Below are positions 47,201 to 59,200 of a stretch of 64,000 nt of DNA, piece by piece. This DNA is from an uncultured virus (IMG/VR IMGVR_UViG_3300035422_000248) (taxonomy: Duplodnaviria > Heunggongvirae > Uroviricota > Caudoviricetes), in IMG/VR virus record IMGVR_UViG_3300035422_000248, positions 1-64,000 of that record. The stretch is one strand, 5' to 3'. Both the position numbers and the translations under genes were made by a program. How positions within the stretch are numbered: the stretch's first letter is position 1; every line of letters starts with the position of its first letter. The notes under the pieces were generated by a model. That model was not told the DNA's origin. It saw only the letters and a list, made by a program, of their open reading frames with translations, and searched no databases.

Positions 47201-50200
47201 CACATACTGGCGTGCGATTTGCAGACCTGCATATTCGATTGTCGCTTCATCGGCAATGGTAGTGTCGGTACTGCTCATGCGGTTAATTGCGTCAGCGATG
47301 CGGTTGTCAATATCATCTTTTGGTAGGGAAGTTGACTTCCTTACCACCTGCGCAATGCGCTGTCCGTCCGGGTCAAGTTCGCCCTGTACCTCAATACCGC
47401 GTGCATCAACACGACTGCCACGGATACTCAATAGCCTGCCCAGCGTGTTTGCTCCCATTCGCAACTGATTATCCACCATTATGTCCATGACTTTCTGAAC
47501 ATACTGGCTAACATCCTGCCGTCCGACAACATTGTTGATTGCTCCGAGTATGCGCTTGGTCTCATACTGGCTCAAATCATCGAGCAGACCTGCCTCCATG
47601 AGTACACGCGCAAGGTCGCTGACACTCTTCACGGTCGTAATATCATACTCCCTCTGACGTGCCATTGCTTGGCGCAGGTAGTTGAGGTTGCCGCCGATCG
47701 CTTTCATAGCGTCTCGCTTCGCCTGCAAATTCCCTGCGTTTGCTTGCATCGCTTCGGCTTTCATCTTGGTTATGGTCTCCTCCAATCCCAGGCCGGGGTC
47801 GCGGAAACGTGTAACCTCGTCTGCATCGTAGCCGGACTGCCTGCGTCTCACTGCGTCCTCTGCATCTGCAAAGACACTTTTCTTGCGCAGGTTCTTCCAT
47901 GACTTGTAGAGAATGTATGAGAGGTCTTTGTCGTTGAGGCGTATGCTCTTGGCGATTTTCAGACCTTGCAGGAATTTGTCAAGGAACTGCTGAACCTTTG
48001 CCTTGATTTTTCCCCAAAGCGTCAGTTCATCACGGTTCATCTTCTCAAACCCCTCGCTTCCGATGCGGCCGCCGAGGTCTGACATATATTCCTCCGTGGC
48101 TTCATTGCGGAATTGCCCGCGCTTCTTCTCGGCTTCTACACGTGCCTCTGCCATGTCGGTATAGTAGTGTGAGTTCACATCTTCTCCGGCACGCTCATGA
48201 GCCATGCTCTTGCGCACACGCAGGCGGTCGGCTTCGGCTGATACCATCTCATCAGTCATTTTGTCAATGACCTTGCGAATGGGATTAGAGGCATGAGCAT
48301 AAACCTCTCCGAGGAACTCATCAAACCGATCTTCGCCGATAAGCGCACGCAGGCCCTTATGCCCGACAACCTCATGCACCACCGTGTTATCCACGTCAGC
48401 CACATTCACGTTGTTAGGCAGAACGACAACAACGCCATTATCATCCGAACTCCACCAACCTTTGGCACGTCTTTCCCTGCGAGTGGAGAGGTTGTTAACC
48501 TCCGACTGGTTGCGGATTACTCGGATATGCGTGTGTAGGTCATTAGATAGGCTTTCCACTCGTGCCTCCTTTGCTTCGGGCGATGACTCGTAAGCGTCCA
48601 TGTATTCACGCGCTCTCTCCAGTCCTGCATCCCATTCGCCTGCATTTACACGATCGCGCAAATCTTCAAGCATAGTAACGTCTCCCTCGGCTACACTGCC
48701 GCTGATACCGCTGAACTTCGCGCCACGTTTGGCGAGTTCTGCGCGGAGCATGGGAGGTACGGCGTTAATCGGGAATGCAACCTTTTGGTCACCCACACGC
48801 TCCATGATGAGGTCTGCAACCTCGCTCCACGGAACAATCCTGCTCGGCTTGAAGTAGCGCGACAGCATGGTCTGAACCTTTGTCTCCTCGCTCAACTGGC
48901 CGTTAACGCTTCCGCTGTGCCAGTCCATAAGACCTACACTGTCTTTTGCGCCTTCGGCATGGTAGCCGCTGGTCTCTTCGCTTTCGGGATAGTAACCCTC
49001 CACGACAAGAAGTTCGGGGCGGTCGTAGGCGGCTGTGAACTGATCGTTGAGCGGTGAGGTGCGGATATGGAAATAGGGATTGTAGGCAACACCGCCGGTC
49101 GTGCGTCCGTTACCCTGCACAAGGTCGGCCTTGCCGTTGGCGTTCATCATGCCCTCTTCGCTCTGCTCCCAACGGCTGAATATCATCGGAGCGCGCCACT
49201 CACCATTCTGCTTGGCCGTCATGGGAGGCAACACACCCATGTTCGCCCACTGCGAATAGCGGAAGCCTTTCTTCAGCGGCTGATTGTTGAGGAAGTCAAG
49301 CACCGGTCCCTCTTCAACGAGACGATACTTGTTGCCGTCTCCATTGGTGGGAGTGTCCTCTCCGTCATCATCTAACGTAATGTCGGAAGCTGCATCAACG
49401 GATTTATCCATTTCGGCATACTTCTTCTCCTTTTCCTCCAGTTCTTTTCTCATCGCTTCCTCATATTGAGCGAGACGCGCCTTAGCCTCGGCGAGTTGCT
49501 GTTTATGGGGGAACTCCCTGCCGTTGCGCTCCTTGAGTTGGCGGTAGTCATCGGAGTATCGCGCGAGTTGCTTCTGGCCGCGTGAGAGAAGTTCTTGGCT
49601 GTCCGCGCCGGTCACAATCCTCTCCGCGATTTCCTCCATGATATTCTTGATGCGATTGCCTTTTACGGCCCGGTCCTTGATGCCGAGTGCCTCACACGAG
49701 TATGTAACTTCTCTCTTCGGCTCAAAGGATATTTGACCCTGTCCGTTGTTATCCACAATACGCGATACGTTGGTAGTCACCTCAAAAGGCAAACCGTCAA
49801 CGTCAATGGTGAGTTTGCTTATCCAATTATCTGCACCCTCTTGAATTTGATCGGCGGCTTCATTCATCTTGGCGTTCTGCTCTTTGAAGAAATCGCCCAT
49901 TGCTCCCACGCTGTCAAATGTGAGTTTGCCGATGGTTATCTTCTTGATCGTGCCGTCGGGCCAATGTTTGCCGATGATTTCAAGGTTCTTGGTCTCAATC
50001 TCAATACGGCGTTCCGCGCCCTTGATGAGACCCTCCACCTTTGGCAATTGGTTGTGGATGTAGATTTGGTCTATCTCATGACCTTTCTGCTTGGCGGTAA
50101 GATTGCGAACCTCGCGCTCGGCTTGGTTCTTCAGTATGGCATACTCACTGCCCGACAACTGAGCGGTCATATCACCGAAAGAGTCCTCTTCCTCTTCAAG

Positions 50201-53200
50201 TACTCGGTTCTCCATTGAATTCTGCATCATCTTTGAGCCGTTCATAATGGAATCCGCGATTGCGCCTTTGGTTTTCAGTCGCTGATATGCGGTAACGTCA
50301 AGACTATCCTCAACGCCGAAACGGATTATGCGCACCGGGATACCCATATCCTTATGCAGGTTGCCCTGTCGCAGGGCACGTCCGTTGCGCTGGGTATAGT
50401 CCATAGGACGGTTGGGCGCGTCCACATGGATAAGCGTGTGCAGACGCTCCTGAATATTCACGCCGGTACCGAGTGTGAATGTTGAGCCGAGTATCACACG
50501 GATTTCTCCGGCATTGACTTTCTCGAAGATGTCTAACTTCTTCTTTATTGTCATGCCCGATTTGATAATCACAATCTGCTCGGCAGGCACGCCCTCGGCA
50601 ATGAGTTTGTTTCTGATCTCCTCGTAGAGGTTGAAACCGCTTCTCTTGTTTTGGTAGTTGTCGGAGAAGATTGCAACGGTGCCTTTATACTTCGCACTAT
50701 CCTTGAGGGAACGCAGTGTCTCGCGCACGGTTGCGTTGGTCTTGCTGTTGGGGTCATCCTCGGCGTTGTCAACGACAAGTCGTGCATCTACGGCGGCCGC
50801 TTTGGCTATGCCGTACATGGTGAGGGGGATGTGAGAGTTCTCTTTTTTCTCCTTACCCTCCATTTTGTCGTAACGGTCCAGTTCTGCCTTTACATACTTC
50901 ATCACACTGCGCAGGGCGCGGGTCTGAGGCAGGTAAATGTCAGTCGGCTTTCCTCCCTCCATTTCGGGGATTTTATCGCTCACACCGCCTGCCTCGCGTG
51001 TCAGAACGGTATCGGCTACACCGCTCCAAATGCGCACGAGTTCGGGTAGGTTTACATACCCGGCAAAGCGGCTCACCTCGGCAAACTTGCCGTTGGTCTT
51101 GAACTCAACCATCTGTGCGAGGTTGCCGAAGTTGCGGACAAAATCATCAAAGTAATATATGCCGTACTCTTTCATCGTGTCGGCAGGCATGAGGTAGCGC
51201 ATGAACGTCCAGATTTCAGCGGCTGTGTTGGAGATAGGCGTACCTGTCGCAAACACAACATTGCGCCCGTGGTTGCGCTCCATGACTGCCTGCGTTTTCA
51301 GATATACGCCCTGCGACTTCTTGCTGTACGAGGGGTCAACACCTTTCACTCCTCTCTGCATGGCAGTGGAGAAACCGAGGTGTTTGTATTCATGAGCCTC
51401 ATCTATGAGAAGAGCGTCAATGCCCATATCATCGAAGTTTTCCACATCATCCACCTCGCGGTCAAGCATCTCCATTGCTCGCACTTCGGCGTTCTGACGT
51501 GTGGTTGCCTCTCTCTTCTCATCGCGCTTTTTCTTCTTGCCCTGTATCGCTTCGGTCAGTTCGGCAAGGCGGTCGCGCTGTTCCTCAATCTCCTTTTCGG
51601 CCTGGCGCACAATCATGCTTCTGCCGTTATCATCGGCTTCACGCATGGCATCAAGAACTTTCAATTTTTCCTCAATGACATCTTGAATGTATGCCAGTTC
51701 GCGCTCCTCGCTGTCGGGTATGCGCTCAAATACCGACTGAGGAACGACAATCATATCCCAGTCGTTGTACTTGATTTTCGCGTAGAAATTCTTGCGGCCC
51801 TCGGCTGTGCGGTCTGCTTCCTCAATAGTCAGCACCTTTGCATTGGGATAAATCTCCTTTGCGCTCTCCACAAACTGACCGACTGTTGCGTTCTGCACAA
51901 CTATCATAGGCTTGCGTGCTGTGCCGAGACGGCGCATTTCCATTGCCGTGGTGATAAGGGTGTAGGTCTTGCCGGTCCCGACCTCGTGAGCAAGCAGTAT
52001 CGGCTCGGTCGTGCCTCTGACTACCGCTCGGCCTTGATGAGGACGCAATGCAAAGGGTCTGCCGTGCAACTCTGTCACTTGACCGCCGAAATGCTTGGGA
52101 ACAAACTCATCGGGAATTGACATAGGCACATAGTTGTTTAACTGCTCGTTGTAGGTATGCTCGATACGCGCCGACATATCCGGGTCTGCCTGCATACGTT
52201 CACGCGCCCAGTCTTTGAACTCTGCGCGGATTTCATCAATCTTGGTACTGCACTCTGCGGTGGCGGCCTTGTCGGTTATGGTCTCTGATGTGCCATCCCA
52301 TTTCTTTGTGGTCTTGCTGACGGTGATCTGCTTGTTGGTTATGGCAGCTTCAATCAGTTCATGCCCCATGATAGTCTTGTCACACATCTTGCTCGTTACC
52401 GACATGGCGCGGTTCTTTTCATTGAAGGTACTCCACGGAGTTTTCATAAACCATGTACCGCCTGCATTTGTCAGTTTCACACGGATACCTGTCTTTTCCT
52501 CCACGAAGTCCTCATAGAGTTTAGGTTCTATCCATGAAGAGCCGAGCGAGAACTCGATGAGGTGCGCAGGTATCGTCATGGGCATAACCTTTTCAAGAGC
52601 GGTGATATTCGGGTTATATCTGCCGTCCTCGTTGTTCTCCTGCGCGATGTGCAGCTTCTCACGGACGTTGCCCGAAAGATACTGATACGACACCTCCATT
52701 GCCCCGGTTGAGGGGTTCTCGAAGCCGAGTCCGCTTTCCACGATTTCCTGCTTCACCTGCTCCTTGCTCTTGCCGAGTGCCTCGCTGATGTAGTCCACAT
52801 CTATACTGCCACTCTTATAGAGGCTTGCAAGTATGCCGTCCTTGACTGTCGTAGGCTGTGGCTCTTTCTCCTTTTCAATCACACGGCGGCTGAAAATATC
52901 GGTCTTACCTGCCTTGACAACCTTGTTGCCTTTGTTGTCTCCTTTCTCCGAATAGGTCTCAAGTGCCATGATGCTTGAGAAGTCCACATCGTTGCGGAGG
53001 AAAGAGATTGCAGTATTCTTGTGGAGGTTGCCGTAGGTGCGCGTGAATGTATCAAAGGCGCGGTTCAGTTCTTTCAACAGCGGCTCCAGTCCTGCGTCAT
53101 CTTCATTGGTTGACTGATATTCCAGTACGTCCGACAACGCTTTCTTGATCGCGCTGTATGCGTTGAAACACTCTGCCTTTGTGTGACCCTTGACCTTGTT

Positions 53201-56200
53201 TTTATTCAGTCCAATAGGCACAGCCTCGCCCATTCGGGCCATGCAGAGTTCTCCTTGTGAGTTCAACACCATGCTTCCCTCCTTGACACCATCGCCGAGT
53301 TTCTCATTGATGCGCATCACGGCTTCCTCTACATCGTGGTCTGAACGGAGTGAGGACATATCCTCCTCCATGTCTGCAAATCGGCTGACCCATTCGCTCA
53401 ACATCTTATCCTGCGGTTTGTCAGCCGAGGGGAAGAGGGCGCGGCTTGTCGGTTGCCATGTCTCACCGCGCTCAAAGTTGAACATCATCTCGCCTGCCAT
53501 ATTCTCCGGGTGTTCCGCAAAATATTTGTTGTAGGTCATGCTGTACGGCTTGATGATAGGTACTTCCTGCCCCTTGACCTTGCGAGTATCCCCGGTGTCA
53601 TAGTCTGCTACACGCACTGCGGTCACATCCGTAACGTCTATGGCGTTGGCTGACTGCTTGCCATTCACGCGCTTGCGCACAACGATAATATCAGAGGTTG
53701 CCCCGGTGCCTCCGAATGTCTTGTTGTGCATACGGAATGCCCCTATAACATCGGTATTACCCTCGTTGATAATCCAACGGCGTAACTCTTTGGAGTTATC
53801 CATTGTACCGCTTGATGTGATGAAAATACCGATACCACCCTCGCGGAGTTTACGGACATTCTTTGCGATGCAGAAATCATGAATATTGCGGAATTTCTTG
53901 GAGAGGTCTTTGTCTCCAGTATCATCCTTAACGTGCAGACCTGTTACGAAAGGCACGTTGGTTATGGCAAGGTCAATGCTGTTGTTGCGCACTTTCGTTC
54001 TCTCAAAACCTTGTACGTCAACTCGTGCATCGGGATATAGCAACGAGAGTATGCCACCAGTGGTACGGTCAATCTCAACCGCATGGATATTACTGCGGTC
54101 GCTCATATCAGTGGGCATAAGTCCGAGGATATTGCCGATACCTGCTGAACCCTCAAGCACATTGCCTCCCTTGAAACCTAATGCTCTCGCAACATTCCAC
54201 ATAGCATCAATGACTGGGGCAGGAGTATAGTATGCGCTATTTCGGCTCATGACGGCATCATTATATCCGTCCTCGCCTAACAACTCACGCAGGCGGCTGA
54301 CAGTCGGGTTATAGCCATTATCATTGAAAGCCTTACCGAGACCACCCCAACCGCTGAATTTTCGGAGTACCTCCATTTGTTCGGGCGTGGCGGTCTCTCC
54401 TGCATCAAGCAATTGCTTGGCAAGTTCAATAGCCTCAATGTTAGCCTTGATACGTGCGTCCTCACCTTTGGGGGCGTAGTCCACACCACGCTCCGCATGG
54501 TTGTTGCGCACGTTCCTACGCTCACCCTCAGGCAATCTCTCATTGTGGGAGGAGGTCTTATCGGTAGTTAAGGCTGATTTCGCAGGCTGTTCAGATACTC
54601 CTGCGCCTCCCTTACCGTCAGAGACAGGATGGTCGCTATCACGTCCACCCATTCCTCCTCGGTCAGTTCGCTTAACTTCATTCCGCTGGCTCTCTCCCAA
54701 CGGTTCATTCGGTTGAGGTTCGTGTCCTCCTGCTCGCTCGGTAGTGCCGGGGCGAGGTTGTACGTCAGTTTTCTTTTCATCGCTTATCGGTTCATCGAAC
54801 AATCCACCGAAGAGGTCTCCGATCGGCTGTTCGGGTTTAACTTCCGCTTTTTTCTTCGCAGGTGCTTTCGGCTTCTTCTCCTGCGCCTCCTTTGCCACTC
54901 GCGCAGCTTCCTCAAAGATGTCCTCTTTGGGAGCGACAGCAGGTTTGTCTTTGGGTGTAGTCGGCTCTTGCTTCTCAATCTGACTCCACTCGCAAGCCTC
55001 ATACATAACCGGTGCCATGCCGGTGTCAAGAGTAACATCAGAGCCGCCTCCGAAGTCAACGATGGTGGCGAGTTCGCGTTTGTGCTTGCCATCATTTCGG
55101 GTGTACCAAACCTTTTCACCGACCTTAAAGCCGTTCTTCTCGGTCTCGGCGATTTCGTGACGGTTCCAATAACCGCCTGCATCGTAAGGCTCGGCTTCCT
55201 CCGCTTTGGGCAGATAATTTCGCGCCTCGTATTTTACAGCGTTAAGGAAGTCAGAGTATGTGCAATCGGGTTGTATCCATTGATTATTGCCATATCGGTC
55301 TGCACCTTTCACTTCGGGTGCTTCCACTCGATACATGATGCTACGCACTTCAAGGTTATCGCCATACCCATAGCCGTTCTTGTAAGCGTCGCCTCCGCGT
55401 CTATGCACAGGGTCAAGTCCGATGTAGATATGCAGTTCGCGTCCGTCCTGCAAAGGCAATGCAATAGTTACGTCACCTCCGGCGGGAGCGAGGTTTGCTC
55501 TTACAGCAGTGCCTTTCTTGACACTCTTGCGTCCGAGGGGAGTTGTCGCGCTCGTAACCTTGATGTCAAGACCAAGGTCATTAACCAACTGCTTGGCGAG
55601 TTTCGTTGCGTCTGCCACGGCTTTCTTCTCGGCTGTGAGCATATAGCCGTAACTCTCGTGGAATTTCGCGTCATCTGCCTCGGCTTCATAGTAGCCGAGC
55701 AGGGCCAGTTGATCGTTTATCTCATCGAGCGTGTTGTCTATTTCTTCTCCTGCTCGGTTGAGGGCTGTTGTATCTTCTGAAGTTTCTGCGAGACTTTCCG
55801 CTTCGCTTGCAACAGCCTCTGCTTTTTCTGCAAGAGCTGCTGTATCTGCTGCTGTTTGTTCATCCTGTTTCTTGCGGTTATTGTTACGGATTTCGGTTAA
55901 TTCTTTCTGCGCCTGCTCTGATGCGGTGGAGGCTTTACGCTCCTCCACAATCATGGCCGCCTGCGCGATTGGGTCTGCCTGCTTCTTGTCAAAGTTCTGC
56001 ACATCGAAGCGTGCAACCTCCTCTGACGGAGTAAAGGCATAATTCTCATAGCCGGGTGTCCAGCGTGCGCCCTCATAGAACGACTTGAGCCACGGACGTA
56101 TCTTATTACCCAACAATCCCACCATCTTGGTAGCATAGTCAGGGAATGACGTTGTGCCACGCTCCACGAGACCCATTGCCAATCGGATACCTGCCGACTG

Positions 56201-59200
56201 GATGCGCTGACGCTCCTGCGGGGTGAGTTCGCCCGGATCGCGGAATTTGAGAGTGCTGTCTCCCTCATCTTCTCCTATACCGAGGAGGTCACGCAACTCG
56301 TTAGCCAATGACTGCATCTCATCATCGCTAATCTCGTGCTGTGCCTCTTTCGGTGTGTCAGCAGGTTTGTCTTTGGGTGAAAGCGGCTCTGCATGGTCGC
56401 TTAACTTCGCTTCCCCCTTTGTCTGCAAGTCCTTTGCCACATCTTCAAGACTGACGCGGTTGATAGCTGCTTTCTTCGGCTTCTTTTCCGATGTAGGTTT
56501 CTTCTTTGCAGGCGCAACCGCCTCGCGGAGTTCCTCTGCGGTCATAGGCTGTGCGTCTGCAACCGCCTCGCCCGACTTGTCGGCAATCATCTCGCCTGCC
56601 TTGCGTGCGTCCTCCTCGGTGCGGAAGAGCCACTCTGAATATGTGTCTTTGTCCGAACACCAACCGCGGGCCTTTCTGCCGTCTGCCTTTTCACGAGCAA
56701 AGGCGGCCAACGCCTTGCGCTGTTCATAGGTGGGAGGTGTAGCGAAAGACACTGCGTGCATCGGCGTGGTCTTGCCTGCCTTGTTGGTGTACGTGGAGGG
56801 AGTGATTGTGTAGGGTGCTGACGGTTCGGCGGGAGCAGGAGCATTGGACGCTCCGACCGCTTTCACGCTCTTGTATTCAGAGAATGGTTTGGTCTTGCGC
56901 TTCGATGACTGCACCCACTTCTTGAACTCATCTTTGCTCACTTGGGTTATTGCTCCCAGACCGGTCCACCCGGCTTCATAGTTGGAGAGGTACGCCTCGC
57001 GTGCAACTTCCTCCGAGGGGAAGCCATACATAACCTTGTGTTCATCAAACGAGCCGTCCGCGTTGCGTTGGTCGATGACAAACACATCGCCCTCTTCGGG
57101 AGTGTCCGAGAGGAACACGTCAATGTGGTCTCCGTCCACACCCTCCGTGCCACGAATATAGCCGTAGTCATTGTGCATCTCGGTTTCCCACTCCGTGCCG
57201 TCTGCGTTCTTACCACGGCGCACACTTCCTTTGGGGTTCTCAATGCTGATGTTGTAACCATCAATACGGCGGTGTTCCATCTTGTAATTTCCGGCGGCTT
57301 TCTGCGCTTCGGTAGGCTCGGCAGAGGCGGTGTCTATCGCCTGCGCTATGCTTGCGAGGTCTCCGTAGTCCTTGCCGTTATAGGTGAGTTGACTGCCCGT
57401 GTACGAGCCTTTATCGTCCGGCGCATCAGTTTGGATAATCTCATGCTTGCCGTCAACGTAAAGTTTACGCTTGTATATCGGGTGAGCCTCATCGGGACCG
57501 GCTTCTTCCCACTCATCGCCTACGCTGATACGCGCACGCAGGGCGGCTTCTTCGGGGGTGTCCTCGTTGATGTCGTTACGGTCATTGCCGAGCGGCTCTA
57601 AATCGGTGCGCTCCTCCGCTACTGGTTCTGAACGCTCTGCATTGCGTTCATCAACATTCGGAGTTTGTTCACTTGCTTGGCCTCGTCCACGCTGTTCTGC
57701 TTCGGCTTCTGCTCTGCGCTTGCGCTCCGCAATGGCAGCGTCCACGAGTGCCTGCTGTTCTCTTGGGGTTGCATTTCTGAAATGTTCATTTACGTTTGTG
57801 AGAATATTTTCTTTGGTGGGTATCTCGCCTGTGAATAGGTCTGCTTGACCGCTTGCAGACTGCGATGCCTCGTTGTTGTAGGAGGTCAGAACCTTGCGCA
57901 GGTCGCTCGGCTTGCCGCTGTTCAACAGGTCTGCAAGAAGAAGAGTGGTGGCGTCCGTCACGCGGCTGTCTCCGTACTCATCATCAAACAAACCCTGCAT
58001 ACGTCCGAAAGGTGACACTGGCATACCGTCAGTGTAGATGTCCGGCTGTGCGGCTTTGGCACGATACACGAGGTCAACCGCTTTGGATAGTTCCTCGCTC
58101 AAATCGTAGCCGGAGCGAGAGAGAGTGCGGTTGCTTGCAATCTCATTCAATCCCATGACGATAGACTGGCGCATGGTCGGCATGGAGATAATCTGACGCA
58201 CTGCATCGGGCGAGGTTTGGAACACCTTGCCGATAAGTGTATTTTCGATCAACTCCTTGCCTGCAGCCGACAGTGCGGTGCCGGTCCGCATTTCGGGCAT
58301 TTGCTTGTCGTTGATTACACCTGCCTGCATCAGTGCGCCTAAAGCGTGCGCCACGGCTTTCTCATCGGCATAATAATCCGAAAGTCGGTCATAACGGCTG
58401 ATCTCGCCTACAAGGTCATTGAAAATATTGTCGGGAACAATCTTGCCGAGTTTCACGGCGGCTTCGGGTTTAGACTGGCTCTTCATCTCCTGCGCGTTGA
58501 AACGTGAGAAGGTGGTTGCATCGTAGGGGAGGGCCTCATCCGGCACGAATACCAGTCGGGGGTTCTTCATCCCTGCAACCTGCTCCGGGGTGAAGCCGTA
58601 CTTCTGCCCGAACTCTCGCAGATAATCAATATAAGCCTTGTCAGTACCCTGCCGTGCGGCGAGGTCTCCGCTCATGGTGCGGTTGTTGCCCGACAGCACC
58701 ACGCCGTCACGACTGACAATTACGGGAGTCTGCAAAGCGCGGTTGTCGTATGCGCCTGCCATTTGCTCCACAATGCGCTGTGCGTCCTTGTCGCGGAGGT
58801 AGTCGCGGTCATTCACGCTCTGTCCGTTCTCATCAATCGGGAAACCCTCGGTCGGCTCGTATGCGTTGTTGACATCGTGGCTCGCGGAGGCGGCTCCTGC
58901 TTCGGTAAGTACATAGCGACCGTGGATTGTAGAGCCGTCCGGCAAAGTGATTGCATCGGGGTTGCCCTCAATCTTCGGAGTGTTATCCCATTTCTCTTTG
59001 ATTTTGGGATTGACCGCATGAACGCCTACGCGCTCCTGTTCGGCCTGCTTCTCGGCTTTGATGCGCTGTTGCTCTTCAAACTGAGCCACGGCTGCATCAT
59101 GCGCCTCTGCATCACGCTGACGGCGTTCCTCCTCGCGCTGACGGCGTAATTCTGCACTGCGTGAAGTATAGACACCCAATATCGCGTTCCATGCGTCAAG

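Noticed and set aside
54629..55780. 383-aa plus-strand ORF and similar long antisense ORFs (37421..38353, 60193..61131)
   Set aside because: Antisense shadows of long genes with biased codon usage; no recognisable motifs
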